Origin: a candidate division FCPU426 bacterium
Lineage (GTDB): Bacteria > Oederibacteriota > Muellerivitia > Muellerivitales > Muellerivitaceae
Direction of reading: 5' to 3'
Assembly (NCBI GenBank): GCA_963796105.1
Contig: CAWCKJ010000004.1
Coordinates: forward strand, 1,536,001 to 1,600,000
Length of the DNA: 64,000 nt
Shown here: positions 7,853-16,887 of the stretch, piece by piece
How positions within the stretch are numbered: the stretch's first letter is position 1
Layout of the letters: the number at the start of each line of letters is the position of its first letter
The notes under the pieces: generated by a model
What the model saw: the letters and a program-made list of their open reading frames with translations, nothing else
Told to the model about the DNA's origin: nothing
Database searches by the model: none
Made by a program: the position numbers and the translations under genes

Positions 7853-9496
7853 CCTGAATTTTGCGCCTAATAAAAAAACCATCTAGGAAACCATTATAGG
7901 ATAAGGGTTGCGAAGCCAACTCATCCTAAAAGAGGGTCCCCCAGATGGTGAAACGTCAAGATACGCCTCAGAAATCAAACCCGCAAGTCCAGAAAAAAGC
8001 CAATCGAAACGGGAGAATCGCGCCCAAGATTACGGCCAATACTCCCGTAGGTATTTGCGAAGACCGCCTAACAGCTTTTGGCGGATTGTTGGCATTGGCG
8101 AAGATGTTCGACCTTCTTGATTTTGAGCGGGAATTCAAAAAACACTATGCCGCACCTAAACGCCTTCCGAATTTGGGCCACTACCGGATGGTAAGCGGCA
8201 TCCTAATGCTTCTTTTCATCGGGTTTCAAAGGCTTGGCCATTTTGCCTACCTGAGGGGTGAGGTCATGCTGTGCGGTTTACTGCGGGTTCCCTTGTTGCC
8301 GGTAGTGACAACTTTTTGGAGATACCTGAGGTCGCTGGGGATCGGGCAGTCGGCATCGTTGCTGAATCTGAGTGGGGCGTTACGGGCCAAGGTTTGGGGA
8401 CAGGTGAAATATGCCCCCAAGAAGGTGGAGATCAACATCGATACCACCACCGCAACGGTCTACGGAAATATCGAGGGAAGCCGAAAAGGATACAACCCCA
8501 AGCACCGGGGCAAGAAGGGACTGAGGCCCATTCTGTGTTTTCTCCAGGAAACCCGGGAATATTTGTGCGGAACCCAAAGACGCGGAACCACCCTTAGTTC
8601 TGAGGAAGTGGCCCGCCAAATTAGACAATTCCGGCGACTCTTGCCGTCCTGTGTCCGGACGATTCTGGTGCGCGGTGACGGTGAAATGATCGGCTGGGAA
8701 AGCGTGAAAGCCTGTGAAAAAGAAGGGTTTTCTTTCATCTTCGGGAACAAGCGGCATGACCCGCCTTTCACGAAAAAGGGTTGGTACCGCCATGGAGAAC
8801 ACGAATACAACGAATGTGTCCATCAACCCATAGGCTGGCAACAACCAGTCCGGTTTGTGGCGATGAGGACGCTGGATGAAAAAGCGCGGGAGAAACAATT
8901 GAGCCTTCCTGAAATGGAAGGATATGTCTACCGAATCTTCGCGACCAACTGTCTGGGAGCACCCCATCGGGTGGTTGAGGAATACGACCTGCGCGCGGAT
9001 GTGGAAAACCTGATTGGTGAGGCGCAACGGGAGGGGTTATTAGCAATTCCCTCTAAGAGTTTCCAAAGCCACCATGCTTTTTTCCAGATCGTGATGCTGG
9101 CTTACAACCTCTGGAGGTGGATGAAACTAATGGTGGGCCATTGTGGAAAAGAAAAGCGACCGGGAAAGAAGCCACAGGAGAAGGAACAGATCACCATGCC
9201 GGACCATACCCTTCGGATCGCACGTTTGAAGATGCTCTTTGTAGCCGCCCGAATCCAGTATCACGGCCATCGGGATGTGGTGAGGTATTCAATCCATGAT
9301 GATAGGACAGCGGGCCTATTGGGTTTCCTCAAATACCTTGATCGAAAACGATTGGAAAGACCCAGGGCGGCCTAGAAGTGGCTTGGTGCAAAAAATTCTT
9401 TGCACATAAGTTCACTTCTGATGAAAATGGCCACTGTCGGGTCCCGATTCAGGCCGATCTGGCCACGGAATCGGTAAACTCGGTGCAAAATTCAGG
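7853..9496 (+). mobile_element. IS1380-family insertion sequence
   Basis: Terminal IRs CCTGAATTTTGCGCC / GGTGCAAAATTCAGG; 5-bp target duplication TAATA at 7848-7852 and 9497-9501. Confidence 0.9.
7945..9375 (+). CDS. IS1380-family DDE transposase
   Basis: LTAFGGL, INIDTT, GYNPKHRGKKG, LVRGDG, YDLRADVENLIGE, LAYNL. Confidence 0.9.
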   Translation: MVKRQDTPQKSNPQVQKKANRNGRIAPKITANTPVGICEDRLTAFGGLLALAKMFDLLDFEREFKKHYAAPKRLPNLGHYRMVSGILMLLFIGFQRLGHFAYLRGEVMLCGLLRVPLLPVVTTFWRYLRSLGIGQSASLLNLSGALRAKVWGQVKYAPKKVEINIDTTTATVYGNIEGSRKGYNPKHRGKKGLRPILCFLQETREYLCGTQRRGTTLSSEEVARQIRQFRRLLPSCVRTILVRGDGEMIGWESVKACEKEGFSFIFGNKRHDPPFTKKGWYRHGEHEYNECVHQPIGWQQPVRFVAMRTLDEKAREKQLSLPEMEGYVYRIFATNCLGAPHRVVEEYDLRADVENLIGEAQREGLLAIPSKSFQSHHAFFQIVMLAYNLWRWMKLMVGHCGKEKRPGKKPQEKEQITMPDHTLRIARLKMLFVAARIQYHGHRDVVRYSIHDDRTAGLLGFLKYLDRKRLERPRAA

Positions 9497-9519
9497 TAAT
9501 AATTAATGGAGAGTCGGCA

Positions 9520-9620
9520 TGTACGAAGCTGAAACCAGAGCCGAACACATAGACCCGGCGTTGAAAAATACCGGGTGGGGCGTTGTGGACGGCAGCCGCG
9601 TACTGCGGGAATACCAAATG
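9520..9620 (+). pseudogene. Degenerate copy of the hsdR 5' end
   Basis: atgtacgaagctgaaaccagagccgaacacatagacccggcgttgaaaaat...gggaataccaaat aligns to 11252-11352. Confidence 0.85.
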
Positions 9621-9723
9621 ACCGCAGGATAGACAAATGCCTAACACCCGGCCTCCTTGACACCCCCCAAAGCCCTGATTTATAATCCTTGAAAATTGAA
9701 AGGCAGGCTTACGGATTTCACGA

Positions 9724-10890
9724 ATGAAAAAATGGATCCCCAGACCCCGGCTTGAACAAGAATTGGCGCGTTCCCTCAAAACGTGGCGCGTCACCTGCCT
9801 ATTGGGCCCCCGCCAATGCGGCAAAACCAGCGCGGCTAAGGCCGTCGCCGGGAAGGCCAAGGCCCATTATTTCGACCTGGAGGACCCCGACGATTTTGAG
9901 CGCCTTCAAAACGCGAAGGCCGTCCTTTCGCCCATCAAGGGCCTGGTGGTGCTGGATGAGGCCCAGCGCATGCCCCAGTTGTTTCCCGTCCTGCGGGTTT
10001 TGGCGGACCGCAAGCCCCTTGCGGCCAGGTTCCTGATCCTGGGCAGCGCCTCGCCTGAACTGGTCAAGGGCGTGACCGAGTCGCTCGCGGGGCGGGTCCA
10101 TTACATCGAAATGGAAGGCTTCCAACTTTCCGAGGTCGGCGTTCCGGGCATGGAAAGGCTTTGGGTCCGGGGCGGCTTTCCCGGTTCCTACCTGGCCGCC
10201 TCCTTGGCCCAGAGCCTTTCCTGGAGGGAAGATTACATCCGGAATTTCCTGGAACGGGACATTCCCCAACTGCATATCCGCATACCCGCCCTGGCCCTCC
10301 GCCGTTTTTGGACCATGGTGGCCCACTACCACGGGCAGATTTGGAACGCCACGGAGATCGCGGGGTCCATGGGAATCAGCCATCCCACGGCCCGCCAGTA
10401 CCTGGACCTTTTGACCGGGGCTTTCGCGATCCGGCAATTGGCCCCATTGGCGGTGAACCTCTCGAAGAGGCTGGTCAAGTCGCCCAAAATTTACATCCGC
10501 GACAGCGGAATTTTTCACGCCCTTCTCGCGGTGCCGGATATGGGAAGGCTCCAGTCCAACCCGAAATACGGCGCCTCCTGGGAAGGTTTCGCCCTGGAGC
10601 ATTTGCTGGCCATGGCGGGGGAAAGGCACGCGGCTTTCTGGTCCACCCATGGGGGGGCCGAGCTGGACCTGGTCATCGAAACGGCAAAAGGCCGGTTCGG
10701 CTTCGAGTTTAAGGCCGCCGGGAGCCCCGGAATGACCCGGTCCTTGCACGAGGCCTTGAAGGATTTGAAACCGAAACGCATTTGGGTGGTTCACCCGGGG
10801 GAGAAAGCCTACCCCCTTCATGAAAAAGTGGATGCTTTGCCGTTAAGCCAATTGGAAACCCTAAGAAAAACGATCGGGGCCCAAACGTAA
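9724..10890 (+). CDS. AAA+ ATPase (AAA_14 + DUF4143 type)
   Basis: GPRQCGKT Walker A, LDEAQ Walker B, SLAGR, RGGFP, KSPKIYIRDSG, ELDLV..FEFK C-terminal nuclease-like motif. Confidence 0.92.
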   Translation: MKKWIPRPRLEQELARSLKTWRVTCLLGPRQCGKTSAAKAVAGKAKAHYFDLEDPDDFERLQNAKAVLSPIKGLVVLDEAQRMPQLFPVLRVLADRKPLAARFLILGSASPELVKGVTESLAGRVHYIEMEGFQLSEVGVPGMERLWVRGGFPGSYLAASLAQSLSWREDYIRNFLERDIPQLHIRIPALALRRFWTMVAHYHGQIWNATEIAGSMGISHPTARQYLDLLTGAFAIRQLAPLAVNLSKRLVKSPKIYIRDSGIFHALLAVPDMGRLQSNPKYGASWEGFALEHLLAMAGERHAAFWSTHGGAELDLVIETAKGRFGFEFKAAGSPGMTRSLHEALKDLKPKRIWVVHPGEKAYPLHEKVDALPLSQLETLRKTIGAQT

Positions 10891-10934
10891 AGGCGCAAGA
10901 ATCCGCCTGGGATAAAACCCAAGAAGGGCAAGCC

Positions 10935-11251
10935 ATGTACCGATTAATATTTTTAACAATTCATGGGAATCGGCACTATGCCGGGCCGGTTCCCCTATGG
11001 AACCGGCACCATCAAAACGAGTGCCTCGGCCGGAAGCCTCGGCACAGATAGACTTCCTTATAAAAATTTCCAATAGAAGGTCAGCATGTACCGATTAATA
11101 TTTTCGATAATTCAAGGAAATCGGCACTATACCGGCCTCAGTATAAAAACTTCCATTAGAAGGTCAGCATGTACCGATTAATATTTTCGATAATTCAAGG
11201 AAATCGGCACTATACCGGCCTCAGTATAAAAACTTCCATTAGAAGGTCAGC
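10935..11251 (+). repeat. 151-bp unit + two tandem 83-bp units immediately upstream of hsdR
   Basis: Each unit begins ATGTACCGATTAATA and ends AGAAGGTCAGC; 11086-11168 and 11169-11251 read identical. Confidence 0.95.
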
Positions 11252-13606
11252 ATGAACGAAGCCGAGACCAGGGCCGAACACATAGACCCGGCGTTGAAAA
11301 ACGCGGGGTGGGGCGTGGTGGACGGCAGCCGCATTTTGCGGGAATACCAAATTACTCCCGGGCGCATCGAGGGGGTGGGGAGACCCAATAAGCCTTCGAT
11401 TGCCGATTATGTGTTGGTCTATCGAAACAACAAGATGGCCGTGGTGGAAGCCAAGGCTTGGGATGAGGAATTAACCGAAGGGGTTGGCCAGGCCAAGGCC
11501 TACGCGGACAAAATGGCTGTTCGGTTCGCCTATTCCACCAACGGCCAGGGCGTTTACCAGATCGACATGCAGACCGGCAAAGAGGGCAAGTTATCTGCTT
11601 TTCCAACGCCCGATCAGCTTTGGGCCGCGACTTTTTCCGAAGCGAACGCCTGGCGGGACCGTTTCTCCGAAGTGCCTTATGAGGACAAAAGCGGCAGTCA
11701 TCCATCGCGCTTTTACCAGGACATCGCCATTGACCGGGTGATGGAGGCTATCGCGGCAAAGAAAAACCGCATCCTGCTTACCCTGGCCACGGGAACGGGA
11801 AAGACCTTTATCGCATTCCAGATCGCCTGGAAACTTTTCCATAGCCGATGGAACCTGAGCGGCCAACCCACCCGCCGTCCCCGAATTCTTTTCCTCGCCG
11901 ACCGCAACAACCTGGCCGACCAGGCCTATAACGCTTTTTCCGCGTTTGCCGAGGACGCATTGGTTCGCATCAAGCCGGACGAGATCCGGAAAAAGGATCG
12001 GGTGCCGACTAACGGGAGCATCTTCTTCACGATTTTCCAAACTTTTATGAGCGGCCCGCCCAAGGAGGGGAAGCCGCCTGTCCCTCAAAGCCCAGCGGGC
12101 GTAGTGGGATCGCCCTATTTCGGCGATTACCCGAAAGATTTCTTCGATTTTATCGTGATTGACGAGTGCCATCGCGGAGGGGCGAACGATGAAAGCAATT
12201 GGCGCGGCATCATGGAATATTTTTCCCCGGCCGTGCAGTTGGGCCTCACGGCTACACCCAAGCGCCAGGAGAACGCGGATACCTACGCCTATTTCGGCGA
12301 ACCGGTTTATATCTATTCCCTGAAGGAAGGCATCAACGATGGGTTCCTCACACCCTTCAAGGTGCGGCAGATATCCACGACATTGGATGAATATGTCTAT
12401 ACCCAGGACGATAACGTTGTTGAGGGTGAAATCGAGGCGGGCAAAAGGTACACCGAGCCCGACTTCAACCGGATCATCGAAATCAAGGAACGCGAAGCCT
12501 ACCGGGTGAAACTGTTCATGGACCAGATCAACCAGAACGAGAAAACCCTGGTCTTTTGCGCCACGCAAGCCCACGCTTTGGCGGTTAGGGACCTGGTCAA
12601 TCAGATGAAGACCAGCACAGATCCCAACTATTGCCAAAGGGTCACGGCCGATGAGGGGGAACTTGGAAACCAGTACTTGCGGGATTTCCAGGACAACGAA
12701 AAGACCATCCCGACCATTTTGACCACTTCCCAGAAGCTCTCCACCGGGGTGGATGCCCGCAACGTGCGCAATATCGTGCTGATGAGGCCGATCAATTCCA
12801 TGATCGAGTTCAAGCAGATCATCGGCCGGGGGACCCGCCTTTATGACGGCAAGTATTACTTCACGGTTTACGACTTCGTGAAGGCCCACCACCACTTTAA
12901 CGACCCGGAATGGGACGGGGAACCACTGGAGCCGGAACCGAAAGAGCCGAAATACAAGGATGATCATCATCACCCGGGGGCGAGTGAAAAAAAGGCTGAA
13001 CATGATAGACCGCAAAGAGTCAAAATAAAACTCGCCGATGGGAAAGCCCGTACCATCCAATCAATGATGGTCACGAGTTTCTGGCATCCCGACGGGACTC
13101 CCATGAGCGCCCAACAATTCATGGAATTGCTATTCGGGAAATTACCAGGATTTTTCAAGAACGAGGCAGAGCTTCGCGCGATTTGGAGCGCGCCGGACAC
13201 GCGCCAGGGATTATTAGAAGGTCTTTCCGAGAAAGGTTTCGGGAAGGATCAACTTACCGAGATGCAAAAGATCATTGACGCGGAAAAGAGCGACTTATTT
13301 GATGTATTGGCTCACGTAGCTTATGCTTTGGCGCCCTTGACCCGCGAGGAACGAGCCCAAAAGGCAAAACCCCAGATCAGCGCCCAATTCAACGCCCACC
13401 AGCAGGCTTTCCTTGATTTCGTGCTCGACCATTATGTAAATGATGGGGTGGAAGAGTTGGAAACCTCGAAGCTGACGCCTCTTCTTCGCCTCAAGTACCA
13501 CAATGCTCTTCAAGACGCCTTGGCTGACCTAGGCCCAGCCGAAACAATCAATAAAATGTTCTTCGGCTTCCAGAAGTACCTTTACCAACCTGTAACATCG
13601 AACTGA
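11252..13606 (+). CDS. hsdR: Type I restriction enzyme subunit R (EcoAI/EcoEI-like)
   Basis: ADYVL..VVEAK nuclease motif, LATGTGKT, IDECHR, GLTATP, QIIGRGTR. Confidence 0.95.
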   Translation: MNEAETRAEHIDPALKNAGWGVVDGSRILREYQITPGRIEGVGRPNKPSIADYVLVYRNNKMAVVEAKAWDEELTEGVGQAKAYADKMAVRFAYSTNGQGVYQIDMQTGKEGKLSAFPTPDQLWAATFSEANAWRDRFSEVPYEDKSGSHPSRFYQDIAIDRVMEAIAAKKNRILLTLATGTGKTFIAFQIAWKLFHSRWNLSGQPTRRPRILFLADRNNLADQAYNAFSAFAEDALVRIKPDEIRKKDRVPTNGSIFFTIFQTFMSGPPKEGKPPVPQSPAGVVGSPYFGDYPKDFFDFIVIDECHRGGANDESNWRGIMEYFSPAVQLGLTATPKRQENADTYAYFGEPVYIYSLKEGINDGFLTPFKVRQISTTLDEYVYTQDDNVVEGEIEAGKRYTEPDFNRIIEIKEREAYRVKLFMDQINQNEKTLVFCATQAHALAVRDLVNQMKTSTDPNYCQRVTADEGELGNQYLRDFQDNEKTIPTILTTSQKLSTGVDARNVRNIVLMRPINSMIEFKQIIGRGTRLYDGKYYFTVYDFVKAHHHFNDPEWDGEPLEPEPKEPKYKDDHHHPGASEKKAEHDRPQRVKIKLADGKARTIQSMMVTSFWHPDGTPMSAQQFMELLFGKLPGFFKNEAELRAIWSAPDTRQGLLEGLSEKGFGKDQLTEMQKIIDAEKSDLFDVLAHVAYALAPLTREERAQKAKPQISAQFNAHQQAFLDFVLDHYVNDGVEELETSKLTPLLRLKYHNALQDALADLGPAETINKMFFGFQKYLYQPVTSN

Positions 13607-13864
13607 AAAAAACCTAGTCCGAACTTGACCCAAATATCCTATGTCCGGAATTGTTCCGATATTTGTGTCTGAAATGGGAACTTATGGCCAATTAAGGCCA
13701 TTATTAAAAAATATGGTGGTATTGTCTTTTGGGTTGGGGGGTTATAATTTTAGTGAAAGAGCGTTAATAATATAGACGTCAAAAAAGACGATGCTATACT
13801 CACCCCCTTAAATTCAAGTTAAGTTCGCGAGTTCATTGCCGTTAGGGAATACAGGAGTTGCCTT

Positions 13865-14341
13865 ATGACCCGCTACCCATTGTTCTTTACCTACAGCTTT
13901 ACGATTCCCGGGAATAATTTTTTGGCCACCATCAGAATATCGAATGGACAGGCTCTGATGGTCCAAGACGAGGATGAGTGGTGGATGTACGGTGTTTGCC
14001 CCGGTTCTATCTCCGACGGCGGCGCTACGCCCCAAGAAGCTTATTTAAAATTCTGCGATACCTTCAAACAGATTCTGGAAGATATCGCTTTTGATAAACA
14101 CGATTTTCAGTCGTTTGAATCGGAAGTTAAAAGCTTTGTCCTGGCCGCGGATGCCAGCGAGCAAAAAGAGTGGTTAAACGCCCGGGAGTCGATACGTTCA
14201 GGACAAATACAGCCGGAGGGCCCATTTAAGGATTTAAAGCGCATTACGACCGATCCTGGCGTAATGGTTACGGTGTCGTGCCTAGACGTTAAAAAATCTT
14301 TTGAAGTTGCGGCCGATAACCAATTAGCTGCCGCGGCTTGA
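13865..14341 (+). CDS. Hypothetical protein, HicB-like antitoxin candidate
   Basis: WWMYGVCPGSISDGGATPQEAYLKF resembles the HicB 'P....G.T.EEA' motif; adjacent to a HicA-like ORF. Confidence 0.5.
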   Translation: MTRYPLFFTYSFTIPGNNFLATIRISNGQALMVQDEDEWWMYGVCPGSISDGGATPQEAYLKFCDTFKQILEDIAFDKHDFQSFESEVKSFVLAADASEQKEWLNARESIRSGQIQPEGPFKDLKRITTDPGVMVTVSCLDVKKSFEVAADNQLAAAA

Positions 14342-14342
14342 G

Positions 14343-14618
14343 TTGACCTCGACTGGTCAATGCCGCCTAAGCATTATCAGGGAAATGCTGGAACATTGCG
14401 TCCCGGGTTCTCATTTGGAGTTAAAAAAACATCATTATTGGGTTTATTGCCCTGGAAAAGAAATTTTCAGGGATTTGCCCAAGGGGGAACATGGTGCGCA
14501 AGACCCGGAAATCCAAATGGGAAAAATCAAGAAAATGGTCCGGTTTCTTGGGATAGAAGAATGCGCATCCGGTTTTATCCCGGGAATAAAGTTCAAGCAA
14601 ACCGCATCGGAAGGTTAA
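14343..14618 (+). CDS. Small protein, HicA-like toxin candidate
   Basis: ~90 aa, KKHHYWV...LPKGEHG..EIQMGKIKKMVRFLGI resembles the HicA pattern. Confidence 0.5.
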   Translation: MTSTGQCRLSIIREMLEHCVPGSHLELKKHHYWVYCPGKEIFRDLPKGEHGAQDPEIQMGKIKKMVRFLGIEECASGFIPGIKFKQTASEG

Positions 14619-14653
14619 CCACATGAGTATTTCCAGGGAAGAAAATTAACACT

Positions 14654-15259
14654 ATGGCTACCCCGTTCCAATACCGGAAAATCACCCAAGCGATAAATTT
14701 TTTCGCTGAAAAAGAAAATAATAAAACCATCAACGTCACAAAAGTCGTAAAACTCCTCTGGGCCGCCGATCGATATCACTTACGTAAATACGGAAGATTA
14801 TTAACTTGCGATAATTACGTCGCGATGGAAAGGGGCCCGGTGGGTTCAACGGTTAAAGACATCGCGGAAGAAAGCAATTTTTTACCCGCCGGCATTGATT
14901 CATATTCGACCAAATACCTGAAGCCTAGGCAATATGTGACCCAGTCATGCCGTGAAGCCGATATGAAAGTGTTTTCACAAACTGATATTGAAGCTTTGGA
15001 ATTTGCCAATACTAATTTTGGCTCCATGTCCCAAAGCGAATTAACGCATTTATCACATCAATATCCGGAATGGAAAAGATTCGAGGGGAAATTAAAGTCC
15101 AAAGCTAGTTTGAAAGAAGATATCGACTTCCTTGATTTCTTTCTCGATCCAAACCCTGAAAACGTCCCGGACGATAAATTCAAAATGGATGACGAGCTTT
15201 TAGCTTTAAGCAAGGATATTTTCTCTGAAGAGACTGAAATTACGGGTTTGCTTTCTTGA
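14654..15259 (+). CDS. Panacea (DUF4065/SocA-like) antitoxin domain protein
   Basis: TKVVKLLWAADRYHLRKYGRLL, YVAMERGPV, ELTHLSHQYPEW. Confidence 0.85.
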   Translation: MATPFQYRKITQAINFFAEKENNKTINVTKVVKLLWAADRYHLRKYGRLLTCDNYVAMERGPVGSTVKDIAEESNFLPAGIDSYSTKYLKPRQYVTQSCREADMKVFSQTDIEALEFANTNFGSMSQSELTHLSHQYPEWKRFEGKLKSKASLKEDIDFLDFFLDPNPENVPDDKFKMDDELLALSKDIFSEETEITGLLS

Positions 15260-15265
15260 AAAATC

Positions 15266-15700
15266 ATGACACTTACACCGGAAGAATTAAATGATTATAT
15301 TTTTCCAGGTTCCGTACTTCGCTTAAGCAATTCCAATACCTTTTCCGTAGAACCCCATTACCATATCATCCTGAATAAAAATCCGCTAACTGATCCGGAC
15401 ATAGTCATGGTTATTGCTTCGACCAACATCGAGGGAAGATTGCGGCATGCGCAAAAAACAGGCAAGGCTCCATCGACATTGTTGATTTTTGAAAATAAAG
15501 ATTGTTCTTTTTTAAGCGAGGAATCTATTTTTGATTGTAATTCGCCCTCCGCCATTTCCTTGAGCGCCCTTTATGACAAATATAATTGTGGGGAATGGAC
15601 AATTAAGAATAAATTTTCAGTGTCACCTGAGATATTGGAGAAATTTAGAAATGCGGTTCGGCTTAGCGCTGCTGCGGCCTATTTTAAGGAATTGCTTTAA
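15266..15700 (+). CDS. Hypothetical protein, PemK/MazF-like toxin candidate
   Basis: PGSVL..PHYHIILN..FLSEESIFDCN pattern; 6 nt downstream of the Panacea gene. Confidence 0.5.
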   Translation: MTLTPEELNDYIFPGSVLRLSNSNTFSVEPHYHIILNKNPLTDPDIVMVIASTNIEGRLRHAQKTGKAPSTLLIFENKDCSFLSEESIFDCNSPSAISLSALYDKYNCGEWTIKNKFSVSPEILEKFRNAVRLSAAAAYFKELL

Positions 15701-15784
15701 GGGCGAAATGCCATGGTTTCGGGCCTCAATTTCATTGGAAAGTATTCCTGAAGCAGTTAAAACCTCTTAAGCACCGGTTGTAAT

Positions 15785-16432
15785 TCAATGCAATAGATCG
15801 GTCAATTGATTGAGGGAATCCACCAGCCAATCGGGATGAAGAGAAACCAGCTTTTCCTTGGGAACAAATCCATGGGCCACCAGTCCCACCCTCAAACCTG
15901 CGGCGCGGGCCGCCTCTAGGTCCACAGACGAATCACCGATCATCACCGCCTCTTCCTGGGTTACTCCCAATTTTTTCAATACTTTTAGCAAGGGGTCCGG
16001 GTTGGGTTTCTTATTCTGGGTAGCGTCCGCCCCCAGTACCGCCGTAAAGAAATGAAACAAGCCCAGTTTTTGAAGGGTTAATTGGGTGAGCTCATGGGGT
16101 TTGTTGGAAACCAGCCCCAGCTTTATCCCCCGGCTCACCAGCGATTCCAGCAATTCCCTGGTGCCCGGAAATACGATGGTTTGATCCACGCAATGCACCT
16201 TGTAATGATCCCCGAGGACCTTCAACCCTTCCGCGAGAATGGCGGGGTCCTCCGTGCCAAGCGCTTTCTTGTTCAAGTGCTCGACGCCCCAGCCGATGTA
16301 GCCCACCAGTGTTTCCAAATCCAGGGGAACCATACCGAAATGCAGGCGCGCGGCGTTCGCGGCGGCGGCGATGTCTTTTTTTGAGTCAATGAGGGTTCCA
16401 TCCAGATCAAACAGTACCGCTTTGAGTTTCAT
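15785..16432 (-). CDS. gph: HAD-family phosphoglycolate phosphatase-like hydrolase
   Basis: FDLDGTLIDS, VSNK, KKPNP, MIGDSSVD. Confidence 0.85.
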   Translation of the reverse strand: MKLKAVLFDLDGTLIDSKKDIAAAANAARLHFGMVPLDLETLVGYIGWGVEHLNKKALGTEDPAILAEGLKVLGDHYKVHCVDQTIVFPGTRELLESLVSRGIKLGLVSNKPHELTQLTLQKLGLFHFFTAVLGADATQNKKPNPDPLLKVLKKLGVTQEEAVMIGDSSVDLEAARAAGLRVGLVAHGFVPKEKLVSLHPDWLVDSLNQLTDLLH

Positions 16433-16500
16433 TTATAGGCCCTTTCATTTTTGAAATACTTTATAGACCGATGATTTATAACAACAAAAATATTAAATTT

Positions 16501-16536
16501 CACCACAGGTTCTTTCAGAACCACAAAGGCACAGTA
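16501..16536 (+). repeat. Dispersed intergenic repeat (CACCACAGG..GGCACAG family)
   Basis: Near-identical to 19416-19451; related inverted arms at 19530-19558 and 53707-53742. Confidence 0.7.
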
Positions 16537-16887
16537 GGGAAAAGCCTAATGTTTTAAAGACTTAAACCCAACGAAGACTTACTTCGGTGCGAAACCCCAC
16601 TGTTTAAAAAAGCAATTTAGTGAGGACCTCATAAATAATTATATGGTGATTCCATGCATGGCAACCTAAGTTCTTGGATTAAATGTTACAACTTCATCTC
16701 ACCACAGGGACTCAGGGTCTCAGCTAAAAACTACTAACTTTCACCACGGCTGTGCTCTTGGCGCGATCTAAATATCACAAAGTGGGGTATTGTCAAAGGC
16801 CGGGGTCGTTGTAGTTTTCGAGGGGCCTGCTAAAATAACGGCTCTGTTCGAGTTGTGTTGAATAACGCGTTAAACAGGAAAATCGCC

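Noticed and set aside
6435..11251. Classical integron attC cassettes
   Set aside because: The units lack RYYYAAC/GTTRRRY ends and no integron integrase is present.
11591..13060. Long antisense ORFs (also 9799-10821, 45344-46378, 46899-47843, 62846-63850)
   Set aside because: These are shadow frames of well-supported GC-rich genes and have no recognisable motifs.
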